Positions 40,001-55,177 of a DNA stretch of 64,000 nt are shown piece after piece. Position numbers and translations under genes: made by a program. The stretch covers positions 54,622,001 through 54,686,000 of the forward strand of contig OX597828.1 of NCBI GenBank assembly GCA_951406725.2, in the 5' to 3' direction. The notes beneath the pieces are model-generated. The model had not been told where the DNA came from and made no database searches. It saw only the letters and a program-made list of their open reading frames with translations. Positions within the stretch are counted from its first letter, which is position 1; each line of letters begins with the position of its first letter. Source of the DNA: Octopus vulgaris (Eukaryota).

Positions 40001-40566
40001 TAAATTCGCGATCGGTGTTTTCGGATGATCATAGCCCCTACTACAATATTAGAGCATTTTAGCTCTTATTTCTAGCAATGTGGGTGTTTCTAACATCCTA
40101 GTCATATTTAGTGGCAATTATAGTTTTCCTTTTTGGTAAAGCATTTCATACTGCTTCCTATATTGATTTTCTGTCTGTTTGTCTGTTTGTCTCCGTCTCT
40201 GCCTCTGTCTGTCTGTCTGTCTGTCTGTATGTCTGTCTGTCTCTGTCTGTCTGTCTCTCTCTCTCTAATGCATTTAAAAAAAATATTTCCGGATTCCTAC
40301 GCTTTAGATGTCTGAGATTACGAATATGCAAAAAAAAAAAAAAAGAATTTAATCAACCCCACATTCTCCCCCTCTCCCCACCTCCAATTAAAATTTATGA
40401 TTTTGTTTACTTTAAAGAGATTATAGCGAATAGAAATTAAATACAGACAAAAACATAAAAGTGAAATTTTTTTTGCATATTCGTAATCTCCGACATCTAA
40501 AAATTTTTAACAATACATTTTTCAAGAAGTGCGAAACTGCATTAGTCCCTATATATATATATATAT

Positions 40567-41330
<764 letters not shown>

Positions 41331-41504
41331 TAGAAATGTATGAATGAAGTCTTTAAGGTTTAAGATTCAAATCAAGGAAGTGCAATAATAATGTTTAGCA
41401 GTTCAAAACTGAGTAGTGAAAGCAGACTTAGGTCGGTTGATCGCGGGAATCGCTAAAACCTGCAGGTGGTATGGGTTATTTCCCTTGGTTTGTTTAAATA
41501 AAAT

Positions 41505-41613
41505 AGCCGAGGTTATAGTAGAAGACACTTGCCAAAGGTGCAACGCAGTGGGACTGAACCCGGAACCATGTAGTCGTTAAGCAATCTACTTACCACACAT
41601 CCACTCCTGCGCC
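41505..41613 (-). mobile_element. SINE family A head
   Basis: Match to family A. Confidence 0.7.
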
Positions 41614-42037
41614 TATATATATATATATGTTTACGAAGAACTCACTAGTGGGCAGGGTTTCAAATATAGATGCGGGTGATAATTCTTCCATGGGTCAGGT
41701 GTACTCTATTTCTGACACAATGGCGTTTTTATTAGCTTAAATGTATTTATGTTCTGAATGAAGTAATCTGATACTTATATAAAAATTCTGTTGATCCATT
41801 TCTTGTAGGTTCCATTTTTATCAGTCGTGTGTGAAAGATAACCTTCTTTTTTCGGCCCTACTTCACCCAATGTCTTTAATGTTAAGTGGACAGCTGACAT
41901 CCACCATAGAACAGGATTTTATTTGCTCTCCCTGATAACAATGTCAGATAGGTTACGCTTTAAATTGTTTGCTGTCCGATTTTATTTTCCAAGTAGCTCC
42001 GATATTAAGTTCCAGCAAATGTATGTGAGCATACATG

Positions 42038-42125
<88 letters not shown>

Positions 42126-42162
42126 CATATATATTATATATATATATATATACATACATACG

Positions 42163-42198
<36 letters not shown>

Positions 42199-42488
42199 TA
42201 TAAACAAATCAAATTGCGATAAAATAAAAATAATTATAATCGCTGGTATTACTAACACATACATGTATATATATATATACATGTATGACTGTATGTGTGT
42301 ATGCATGTGAGTGGGTACGTATGTGCGTGTATGTTTTTATGTGTGCGTGTACGTCTGTATGAATGCATTTATAAGAATCTGTGTACAGTACGTGGGCGAA
42401 TGAGTGTGTGAATGTTTGAATGTATATGTGTGTATGTGCATATGTATATTTATGTATGAGTGTGATTGTAAATACGTGAAAGTAAAGT

Positions 42489-42533
<45 letters not shown>

Positions 42534-43234
42534 GCGCGCATATCTATACATACGCACTCATATCTATGCACGCACACACATACATACCGCTACACACACA
42601 TAAATATATATATATATATATACACAGCTATAAGCGGATAAGTTTATGCGTGTCTGCTTATTTCGAATGCCAACTACAGGAAACGTGTAATAAGAAAAAT
42701 AAACATGTTATAAAGCTATCAGACCAGTCCAACCAACATGCTTACATAAGGTTCAACAATAAATGGCATATTTACCGTCTGATAATGTACCACAGGAGGC
42801 TTAAATATATCTGGCTGCCGTCCAAACAATGTAGGGTTCAATTCTCACTGGAACCCGTTCAATTGTTTTTTTTCTTTTTTCTGGTACATTTCTAGCTTGG
42901 TTTGGCACCAGGATGGTTACAGTCACACACACAAAACTACATACACTCGCACATCCACTTACACGTGCGCGCATGCACGAATATATTCTCTTTTACCGGT
43001 CATACTGGGGCATTACCGTGAGGAGCTTGTGTTTTTACTCTAACAATTATTTTATCGTCCTCATTTTCGAGAACGCTAAGCTATGAGTACGTAAACAAAC
43101 CAACACCGTTTCTCAAATAGTGTTGGCAGCAAAAGACAAAAACACGTGCGCGCGCATGTACACACACACACAACGGCATTATGCACAATTTCCGTTTACC
43201 AGGTCAGCACATAAGGCATCAATCGGTCCGGGGT

Positions 43235-43562
43235 TCGATCACAAAAGACCATGGGATTGCACCTATAAAGTTACCCTCCCAGGCTCAATTCCGGGCAAGG
43301 TTGTTTATGGAAGACCGGCAGTCGCCCATGCATACCAGCCTCCCCCCTCCACGCCACCGATGTTACCCAAAGGAAAGGCAAAGGGACCGATACAGCTTGG
43401 CACCAGTGACATCGTAACTCGTTTGTACAGCTGAGTGAACTGGAGCAACGTGAAACAAAGAGTCTTGCTCAAGAACACAACACGCAGCCCGGTCCGGGAA
43501 TCGAACTCGTTACCTCATGTTTCTGAGCCCGACGCTCTAACCACTGAGCCGTGTGCTTTCAC
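43235..43562 (-). mobile_element. tRNA-derived CORE-like SINE (family C relative)
   Basis: Minus-strand GGCTCAGTGGTTAGAGCG..GAGTTCGATTCCC head and TTCTTGAGCAAGACTCTT; related to 59754-60010. Confidence 0.7.
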
Positions 43563-43862
43563 TCCAGTTTGGGACGTAGAACACAAGTGAATAGAAATAC
43601 CCCTATTCTGGTAAAAGGGTATTGCTAATAAAATCAAGAAGGAACATCAGAAAGGTTAGCTCTGGCTCGCTTTCACTTTGGAAAAATTGCTCGATGTACT
43701 TCGGCTAATATAGATAAAGAAGCGGATGCGTGTGTGTGTGTGTGCGTGTCCGTGCGTATGCGTGTGCTTGCGTGTGTGCGTGTGCATGTGTGTGAGTGTG
43801 TGTGTCTGTGTGTGTATGTATGTAAATGCATACACACACTACACACACACACATATATACAT

Positions 43863-43909
<47 letters not shown>

Positions 43910-43917
43910 TATATATG

Positions 43918-43966
<49 letters not shown>

Positions 43967-44173
43967 GCGTCAATTATTTATGCATTTACACACCTTCTGG
44001 TAAATGCTTCCCTGTTCGTACACAGATACATATTTATTACGAATTATATGTGAGTGTGTGTACATGTGTGTGCGGGCCGCGTGTGTATGTATATATATAT
44101 GTATATATACATACACACAAACACACACATTTACATATATACGTAATGCGTGCGTGTATATACATACATACAA

Positions 44174-44223
<50 letters not shown>

Positions 44224-44540
44224 ATATGTTTTTACACACACACACACACACTCAAGCATATATATATATATGTATGTGTGCGTGTGTATTCAAATGGTGG
44301 AGTGAGGGGGTGATGCGTACAGTAAACAAATAAGGTTGATTGCACGAAACCTTTAAATCCGGTTGTGTAATCCTGTCTCTCTTAGATATTTCACGCATTC
44401 AACAGTCTCTCAACACTTCGGTACACAGCGCTGTGTTAAGCACGGCCATGTTTTCCTACCACAAAACAAACAGAAACTATAGATACATAAATGCATACAT
44501 ACATTCACATATCCGCGTATACGTGTATGTATGTGTGTGT

Positions 44541-44588
<48 letters not shown>

Positions 44589-44758
44589 CGTGTATGTTGT
44601 GGAGATGTAAAACGATGAATATCAAAGCGAGCAGGCCAAGAAAAACCGAAGTTTGGCAAATATGGTTTTACTTTAACACTTTAATGAAAACGGAGTGTTT
44701 ACATACACACTCACACACAAAGATGTGTGTGAGTGTGTGTGCATGTATGTGCGGGTGC

Positions 44759-44792
<34 letters not shown>

Positions 44793-46267
44793 GTATATAC
44801 GCACACACACATATACATATGTCAGTGTATACATGTTCACACTCACACATGCATACACACACATAAATGCATACATACATATATAGACATGTGTGTATGT
44901 CCATGTATATGTGTAATTATATATAGATACATGTGTATGTATGCATGTGTGTGTGAGTGTGTGTGCTTGTGAATGTGTTTATGGATGTCTGTAAGTATAG
45001 ATTGATTGGTGGATATACCAGTGTATATATATCCTCTCTCTCTCTCTCTCACACACACAGACTCACACATACACAAAGACCCACACACACACATACACAA
45101 ACTCTACCCAACAGCACATAAGCATTTTTATAACGTCGGTGTATAATGATGTACTTATAAATTCAGAACTTGAATATAATTTTGATACACACCCCGGAGT
45201 ATCGCGTTATGCACTTCGAGTCTCAATAGCACATTGACGAGTATCGAGGAGACTTTCATCCTCTTCAATGTTCGATTAACTTCCGATCGCATTAATGTAA
45301 GGATGAGACAAATCACAACCACACAGTAATTGAATCTAATTCACACCACCTCAGATCATTTGCATATCAGCTAGTTTGCATATTAGCTAATTTGCATATT
45401 GCTATTTGATGCAAACGCTGGAAACTGGGAAATTTCTATAACTAGGAATATTTCGCCATCTTATATAAAATTGTTGAGTTAGGAATTATTACAGCTTGTT
45501 TAATCACAAGTCAGCTCCGCTCTTACGAAACTATAATTAAAGACATTCTAGCCATGACCATTCCGTCTTATATTCAGAAAGTGTGTCTAGAACTGATACA
45601 TTATTCGATATTACTATGTTCATAGTTGTAGACGATGAGGAGTGATTTGAGGGAGTTTGGCAGCCATTTCTAGCAATAAAGTGATCCTATAGTGGTTCCA
45701 TCCAGGGTTCGTGCAATTCCTGGATGGTTGTCAAACACAGACGGAACTAATTTGCATATTGGTGAATGGTTGACGACATCAAAATATGGCAAATGTCTAA
45801 ATGTTTGCTGCATCCATCTGAACGCCGAGTTACCTTTAATCTTTCTGTGATTGATAAAAAAAAAAGAATAGTAATCAAAAACTGGATCGATATAATCAAC
45901 TATGGCCAACCCTTCATTTAAATAGTCGTTACTAATTTAGTTTAATTATTAATGGTTGACATTTAATTATTAAAAGTTGTCATACGAACACTAATATGCT
46001 AATTAACTCATCATTTATGAATCGTTTTGGTTAGTGCGACCGAAGATGCAATTCACCTTTGTTACGGTTAAGATTTCTCGGTACCACAGAATCTAGTCGA
46101 ACAAAAGCTAAAGAATGTCTTAATAAGTTTGAAACTGTAATCTTACGCTGTATTACCGTCAGTTCTGAATTTACATATATAACGTTATATTCTACAGCAA
46201 CACTATAGAATGTATACGTGGCTTCATAAAATATTGCATATTTGTCCATTATAAATTTGTTAACTTA

Positions 46268-46836
46268 AGGCGGCGAGCTGGCAGAAACGTTAGCACGCCG
46301 GGCGAAATGCGTAGCCGTATTTCGTCTGCCGTTACGTTCTGAGTTCAAATTCCGCCGATGTCGGCTTTGCCGTTCATCCTTTCGAGATCGATAAATTAAG
46401 TACCAGTTACGCATTGGGGTCGATATAATCGACTTAATCTGGTTGTCTGTCCTTGTTTGTCCCCTCTGTGTTTAGCCCCTTGTGGGTAGTAAAGAAATAG
46501 GTATTTCGTCTGCCACTACGTTATGAGTTCAAATTCCGCCGAGGTCGACTTTGCCTTTCATCCTTTCGGGGTCGATAAATTAAGTACCGGTTACGCACTG
46601 GGGTCGATATAATCGACTTAATCCGTTTGTTTGTCCTTGTTTGTCCTCTCTGTGTTTAGCTCCTTGTGGGTAGTAAAGAAATAGGTATTTCGTCTGTCGT
46701 TACGTTGTGAGTTCAAATTCCACCGAGGTCGAGTTTGCCTTTCATCCTTTCGGGGTCGATAAATAAGTACCAGTTTCGCACTGGGGTCGATGTTTGTCCC
46801 CTCTAGGTTTAGCCCCTTGTGGGCAATAAAGAAATA
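46268..46836 (+). mobile_element. SINE family B trimer (184-bp period)
   Basis: Units start GTATTTCGTCTG at 46317, 46501 and 46685; only the first has the 5' head. Confidence 0.85.
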
Positions 46837-46877
46837 TATAAATTTGTTAACTCTGTATGCTTTCATTTGTGTGTGTG

Positions 46878-46927
<50 letters not shown>

Positions 46928-47099
46928 TATGTGTGTGTGCATGTGCGTTCATGTGTGAGCGTGCGTGTGTCACTGCAAAAGTAAAATTCGAAAGAAATGA
47001 ATGTAGAAAAACCCGAAAACGCATACACACGCACACGCACGCACACACATATGTATATATCATGTCTACGAAACATGTATTTGTAACTGTGGCTTGACT

Positions 47100-47700
47100 G
47101 CGTGAACGTGTAATTCTTTCTCCAATTAACGATGGAGTTAATGAAGTTAGTGGTCCTAATGATTGACTGATTTTCAGGTCAAAGCAAAGATTATTTTAAA
47201 ACAGTGACGCAGTCCTCAATAGCGATGGAACACATTTTTCCAGCTCTGCTTTAAAACACAATTTGTTTCAGTGGGTTGCTTGAACAAAGATGACTTCTCA
47301 AAGGAACTGTGCTCATTGTATTTTGATGCCGCTAATGGCCATTGCGGTGGGACAAGGTAGATTGTTCAGAGCCTCAACAGCACGGTTATATAAGCTGTTA
47401 TTGCTTTTGGCATCCATAACGAGAAAGATTTATTTATCTCAAGGATACAAATGCAATCAAATGATCAAGTTTGGCTATTTCCATTGCAAACGTGTCAATT
47501 TCCGGTCAAACAATCCTTTGGTCTTACAATTCACAAAGCTCAAGGCCAAACATTTTCCCAAGTCGGTTTCTCCTTACAGAACAATAAATTCTTCTCTCAT
47601 GGTCAGTTTTATGTAGCTGTGAGCAGAGAAGGAAATTACAAGTGAACTTAGCTTTATGGTCAAAAACGAAGAATAAAAACAGGTTTTACAGAGAATATTG
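47100..47700 (+). mobile_element. Helitron PIF1-like helicase C-terminal remnant
   Basis: [57 protein letters not shown]; frameshifts and stops. Confidence 0.85.
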
Positions 47701-47837
47701 GAAACACAGAAACTCTGTAGTGGCAGTAGAAGTTTTCTCTATTTCATTTGGTTACAACTGGTTCGTTAATCTCGTTTGTTTAATTAAAGCATTAGCTATT
47801 GGCAGAACAGTGGTAATCAATAAGTCTTTCATTGAAA

Positions 47838-47840
<3 letters not shown>

Positions 47841-47894
<54 letters not shown>

Positions 47895-48354
47895 ATATAT
47901 ATACGTATGTATGTATGTATGTATGTATGTATGTATGCATGTATGTAAGTATGTATATATATATGTATATATATATATGTATATATATATGTATATATAT
48001 ATGTATATATATATATATATATGTATGTATGTGTATATATATATATGTATATATGTATATATATATATACATATATATATATATACATACATACATACAT
48101 ATATATATATATACATACATACACATATATATATATGTATGTATGTATGTATGTATATATATATATACATACATACACATATATATGTATTTATGTATGT
48201 ATGTATATATATATACATACATACACATATATATGTATTTATGTATGTATGTATATATATACATACATACACATATATATGTATTTATGTATGTATGTAT
48301 ATATATATACATACATACACATATATATGTATTTATATATGTATGTATATATAT
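47841..48354. repeat. (TA)n/(TATG)n compound microsatellite
   Basis: Direct reading. Confidence 0.95.
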
Positions 48355-48924
48355 CACGTTATTTTCTACAATAAATAAATTACGCAACTGACTTCTTAAA
48401 GCAGAAACTTATATTTATACATTAACCGTTATATTTGTACATTATATAAACTTATACGTTGCCTACAACGAAACCCATTTATGCAAGCAGTTCTTTTCTG
48501 TATGTCGTCATTTCTGAATGGATTGCCATCCATTATTATCAACCTCTCTGTACCTTCAGCATCTTTTTAACAATCCGTGCTGTTTTATAGATTTACATTA
48601 TTGTACAACACACCACCGGAAGACGGTTATATTTCTGAAAGTACGTTTGAAAACAAAGAAAAAAGAATTTTTGTGTTACAATTCCTTGTCGTTATTTTAA
48701 CCAATTAATTTCATACGAATGACTCAACCCGATATTTTCCTCATGGGGCCGTTACGAATAATTGACAACACATAGATATGCAACGAGATTATCAGTTTTC
48801 TGTTGGAAGGACGGTTATACATGCACATATATCTATTGACACATATATACATACACACGCAAATATATATATATACATAGACACGCACACACACGCACAC
48901 ACACGCACACATATAGTATATAAG

Positions 48925-49075
48925 TGTGGCTGTGTGGTAATAAGCTTGCTTCCTAAGCACATGGCTCCGGGTTCAGTCTCACTGTGTGGCACCTTCGGAA
49001 AGTCTTCTAATATAACCTCGAACCGACCAAAGCCTTGTGAGTGGATTGGTAGACAGAAACTGAAAGAGTCTGTCG

Positions 49076-49078
<3 letters not shown>
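48925..49078 (+). mobile_element. SINE family A 5' half
   Basis: Match to family A. Confidence 0.7.
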
Positions 49079-49129
<51 letters not shown>

Positions 49130-50706
49130 CACTGCGTGTCGGACTCTGTTTTTTCGAAATAACAGTATTTATTCGTTCGAATCCAGATATTTTTTCACTG
49201 AATGATGGCAACATCTGCCTGCGTATACTGCCGTAGAATAAATTGGATTCGCGCAGATTTAAACAAACGGCGGTCATTTTCGTGAAACACCAACAATTTT
49301 ACCGTCCTAAATTATTAGGCATGTGCCCAATAAAAGTATTATTATGGATGAAAAACGTGATTTAACATGAAATGAGAAGTCCACCATCATCTCAGTGCTT
49401 GGATAAACAAAAACGATATTGGAAATATCAAAGATCCAGGGAAGAGATCATCGAACTGTGAAGAAATTTGTGGAGTCTTCTGCTGTCCGTTCGAGGGATG
49501 ACATGGGTAAATAGAGAGTTGTTTCCAGGCGTACCTTGTCACGTATAACGAGGAAAGTTGCGAAGAAGACGTGTCTGACTAGTCGAGAAGTGTTTAAACG
49601 TTGTGGTAGGGAAGACACTTTGAAATCTTCTAGTTGTCGGCTCCTGAAGCAGGTAGCCAAGAACGTAAAACCTGTTACAGGGCCCCCTCAGAAGGCTGTT
49701 CATAAACAAAATAGAGTCAAATGGGCAGAAACAACATGAAGATAGCTTTTTCAAAAGTCCTCTTTACTAACGAATGCCGTCCTACTGTAGACGGACCAGA
49801 TGGATGGAATAAAGGATGGGTTACAATTTGTAGAAATCGTCCTCATCGTTTGAGACGCCAAAAAGGGGAGGCGGAGTCATGATTTGGGCTGACATCAATG
49901 GGAGACAAGTTGGTTGGTCCTTTGAAAGTTCCAGACGGAATTAAGATGTCATCTAATGCCTATGTTGCCATTTTGGAAAACAATTTTATACCATGGTTGA
50001 AGAAGCAGAAAGTTTCATTAAAGAGAACGCTGGTATTCATGCAAAATAATGCGCCCTCTCAGGCAGGTAAGAAATCTCTGGAATACCTACAGTAATTAGG
50101 CTTCTCTGAACACCGTTTGATGAAGTGACCAGCGTATTCACCCGACTTAAACCCGATTGAAAATTTATGGAATGTTCTGAAGAGGAAGATATATCAAGAT
50201 GACCGGCAGTTTTGAACGAAAGATGCGCTCTGGGAAGCTATTTTGGATGCTTCTGAGTGTTACACCAGATGAAATAGTTACCGTGACAAATTCTATCGAA
50301 AAGCGCGTCAGGGACGTTCTCTCATGTTGAGGGTCATACATTTATCATTAAGAACTTTATGACGTCATATTTCTTGTATTATTTCCATTCAAACATATTA
50401 CTATGCTCATTATAAAGTCCGTTATGATTATAGTTGTTAAAAATTAATTGTCGCATTAAATAAATGTTTGTTTTTGCATAATTAGCATTGTTATTAGACC
50501 TATCTAATAATTTGAGACGATAAAAATTATGCCCGTTAACAAAAACGGCCGTTGTTTCTCTACGTATGGCTGGATCAGATTTATTATGGCACAGTACGTG
50601 CAGATGGGTGTAATCATCAAGCAGTGGGAAAATATCTGGATTCGAACGAATAAATATTGTGTTATTTCGAAAAAAACAGAGCTGCCTAATAATTTGATAG
50701 GCATTG
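49130..50706 (+). mobile_element. Tc1-family transposon, near full length, degenerate transposase, long TIRs
   Basis: KVLFTNECRPTVDGPDG, GVMIWA, FMQNNAPS, PAYSPDLNPIENLW; ~200-bp imperfect TIRs (49144-49200 vs 50622-50681 clearest). Confidence 0.9.
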
Positions 50707-50739
50707 TGTGTGTGTGTGTGTGTGCGTGTGTGTGTAATA

Positions 50740-50932
50740 AAAGAAGAAAAATGTGCACAGTTTACATAGTTTTAATATATTTTATAAGTAAAATAGTATT
50801 GTTTGTCGACCGGTTTCGCTTTCGCTAATCATGACATCGAAATTATTATTTCGTATTTTCTGAAGAAGATTTTAGGCCATGTTGTGTATGGGGGTTTTGT
50901 GAATGAATCAACAAGTAGAAAAATATAGAGGG
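50740..50932 (-). mobile_element. PLE-like terminal repeat family P2
   Basis: Homologous to 28540-28730; contains the variant hammerhead. Confidence 0.6.
50804..50836 (-). ncRNA. Minimal hammerhead-like ribozyme with A3-U8 core variant
   Basis: UGUC-AUGAUUA-GC(GAAA)GC-GAAA-CCGG-UC-GACA. Confidence 0.6.
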
Positions 50933-51765
50933 AGGTAATTGGTGATCGTTATTATTCGGGACAGAGGAGGTAGTTGCTCATTTCTGGGGGTGATGATAAA
51001 TAAATATACAAAAACTGAAGTAGTGAGATGAAATATTTACAATGATGGGTAAGTGAACATGAATTAAAATATATACTGAGAACAAAGTTGGTTATGCGTT
51101 CATATTTAGGCGTGTTCTGTATTTTTCAATAAATAAATTTTCTTTATTTAAACGCTCTTGTACAGAAATTGTTTCTTTGCAGCGGTAGATGGAGGAAACT
51201 GTGATGGTTGATTGTATATTACCTGCACATCTCTCTGTGTTAGCTCAAAAGAATATGTCTGTACTGTGGGAAAACAGATCTGTTCCTTATGAAGTGTTGT
51301 TCTCTGCCTAACTACCATACTTTTCTGTTCACCAAAGGAATGGAAGTAAATTGGGGTACTATGACCTCTTGGCTGAAACAGCTCTAAGATACTATTCTAC
51401 TTCCTATGCTCCACGTTATGTATTTTAATAATTACTGGTATTTTTATATTTTTGATTATATATGTAAAGCATATGTTATACATGTATGTATATTGTTATA
51501 ATGTTTTTTTAAATAAATAAATAGACATAATATAATATCTAAAAGTTTATGAATACCACCTCTTGATCCCCTCCATTTTCTTACTGCTGTATAAATTAAG
51601 GGTAAAACAATTTTTTACCCTCACCCATTTATTACATTCAGTAGTGTAATTGCAATGCAATGAAATAGCACTTGTGTATTAATAATTGGGTATTCTACCA
51701 GCAGTATATTGGATAGATATTATCCCTTAGTTGGTTGGATTCACAACCTCTAACTCTCTTGGAAT

Positions 51766-51831
<66 letters not shown>

Positions 51832-52309
51832 AGTAATAATTTAAATGGAGGCAGAAGTCAAATTGACATTACGGTTGTCTCAGTAAATGGATATTTTTGA
51901 TTCCATAAAAACAAATGAATCATTTACTCGATCGTGCCTTCAAATCATGACATGTGAGGATGTGAGTGGACTATAAAATTATTATCACATATTTCCATAT
52001 TTTACGACATGATTACAAAATATCGCATGAATTAGATAACAGTGTACGAGTTATGAGAAAAAAATTGTCCGTTTGCGGAAGCAATTTTACTTGTTCTTGT
52101 TTTCCCTTTTGAATTATTCCATTTATTATTCCCTCCGCGGTGCTTATTTTAAGCCTACTGGATCTTGCTTTTGAGTTGCGTAGTGCTACCGTTTATATCA
52201 ATCGATGTCTTATGGGTTTTGAAATATTACATTAGCCAGGATCCGGCAGGATGTGCTAAAGAGGTAATAACCAGGATCATATTACCCTTCAATCTCTCTC
52301 TCTCTTTCA

Positions 52310-52694
<385 letters not shown>

Positions 52695-52754
52695 GGTGGT
52701 GCTCCAGCATGACCACTGCTGCGTGGCTGAAATGAATAAAAGTATACACACACA

Positions 52755-53080
52755 TACAAGGGAAAGTAAAATATCATCTGCCCTTTCACCAAAAGGATTT
52801 TTAGGTTGGTTGCATTGCCTTCGCCGCACGCATGCTTAAAGGTGGCACCCTTGTGGTGACATAACCGAGATTTGATCTTCATCATTCTACTTTTCATTCT
52901 TGTGTTACAGAGTAAACATGGCTGCTCTACTGGCAGTGTACACCAACGAAGAACAGAGACGAGTGATCCGATTCCTCTGGTCTGAAAGTGTGTCAGTGGC
53001 TGAAATTCATCACGGGCTTCAGCACAATATGGTGACAGCGCTCTACCGCTTAGAAGTGTATATGAGTGGATCGAGAAGGC
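52755..53080 (+). mobile_element. mariner 5' fragment (N-terminal HTH)
   Basis: [21 protein letters not shown], then frameshifted [18 protein letters not shown]; TACAAGGG terminus-like start. Confidence 0.75.
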
Positions 53081-54312
53081 TAATAACTCAGTGTTCAGCT
53101 TTCTAACAAGATACCAATGCAAAGCTGGGCATAATGATTACCTTTTGCTATTAATAGTACTTACATTACTGATATTTGGTTTTTAATAAGCCATCTGGCT
53201 ATTTGCAGCAGCAGTGTCTGAAAAAATGCTGATATTGAATATATCATAGCAGCGAGATCTGACTGGCATGCGGTGACCGGATGCTTTCCACTGATGATTT
53301 CCAGCAGAATGAAATTACACGATGTAGGTATTCCGGCGCCTTTGACAGATGACTGTTGTCTGCTACGACCTTTGTATGTACTTTTATACAAGTACATACA
53401 AAGATCTCGAGGCTAATAACACTGTTATTGTATCCAGTATCAGATGAGAGAAAGTCACCTGTTCTCAGCATAGTTCTGTCTCCTGTATTTCTTTGTTTAG
53501 GTGTAATTTCTACCTTCTGTCTTTATTGTTCTCTTCCAGTGAAGGCCAAGGTCTTCTGCTTCTTCTGGTATTTTGTAACGCATAAGCCGATCTTCAGGCT
53601 GAGATCAAAGAACGTGGCTAACCATCGTCATTAACTCTTCTTTAATCTTGATTCTGCCGTGTTTGTCGGTAGACAAGGAACTAAGAGCATGAGTTTCTCA
53701 GACGTTCCTTAATTCTGGCAAAGCCTTTCTTGAACCACTGCTTACCAGTAATCAAAACACTGGCTTTTCCTTTAAAAGAAGCAGACTGATTTCCTGAGAT
53801 ATATATATTTTTTTATAATACAATGTACCATATAAGCTCTGAAAGCTGATACAAAATGATACTTTCGCGTGTTTTGAACCACTTCATTTCTCACCAAATC
53901 ATGCCATTAGATTCTCAAGACTTTTATAAGATTTATTTTCAAAGATTCTTAAACTATTCTTTGGAATTTGTGCGCCACACATGACTCTTTCCCATTTATT
54001 TAAACATTTTGTAGTAATCATGTCTACAGTTTAATATAATGGTGTATACAGTTTAATGAAACGATGTATACAGTAATGATAGCGCTCGTTTAATTTTACT
54101 ATGAATCACCAATCGATGCGATTTCAATACATTTCAAAAGAATCCCGTTGCTTCATTTGCCTTCTTAAATCTCTTTATTAACTTCCACACTCGACAGATA
54201 AGCAATAAAAGCATGTATACAAACGCGCGCGCGCGCGTAATCGAAATACCGTTTAAAGAATTAATTCAGTTTTGAATTGAACTGAAACAGAATTAACTCT
54301 GTAAAACTCACC

Positions 54313-55020
54313 ACATACATACATACATACATACATACATACATACATACATACATACATACATACATACATACATACATACATACACACACATACATGC
54401 ATACATACATATACAAACATACATACATACATACATAGATATACATACATACATACATACATACATACATACATGTACAAACATATACATATATACACAC
54501 ATATACATACATATACAAGCATACATACATACATATACAAACATATACATATATACACGTACATACATATACACACATACACAAACATACTTATACATAG
54601 AAACGTATATATACATACATATATACACGCATGCATATATAAACATACACGCATAGATATATGCATCTATATATATATATATTCATGTTTGTGTGTGTGT
54701 GTGTGTGTGTTTGCATGTCTCGTATACCTAATATAAATACACACAACGCACGCACACACACACACATACACACACATGTGGTTGCATGCATATAATTATC
54801 TCTCTATATATGTATTACCCGTGTGGGGGTATAAATAAATGTTTCTTTATTAGCCACACAGGGCTGCACACAGACAAATAAATAGAAAGATAGGTAGATA
54901 GATAAATAGACAGAAAGACAGACTGACAGACAGATAGATAGACAGTTAGACAGACAGACAGGCAGATATATAGATAGACAGGCAGACAGACAGACAGAAA
55001 GACAGACAGACAGACAGACG

Positions 55021-55071
<51 letters not shown>

Positions 55072-55100
55072 GGATAGATAGATAGATAGATATATAGATG

Positions 55101-55177
<77 letters not shown>
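54313..55177. repeat. (TACA)n then (GACA/GATA)n microsatellite blocks
   Basis: Direct reading. Confidence 0.9.

Noticed and set aside
46268-46836. Tandem units as a CRISPR array or hammerhead retrozyme
   Set aside because: No unique spacers, eukaryotic context, and no CUGANGA/GAAA core on either strand
47642-48391. Long ORFs rich in YI/CV/HT (also at 6799, 15954, 23657, 43726, 52307 and elsewhere)
   Set aside because: Translations of stop-free microsatellites; no domain or splice evidence
53110-53770. Possible RTE LINE internal remnant on the minus strand
   Set aside because: Only weak motifs (KQWF, SGKHP) across many frameshifts
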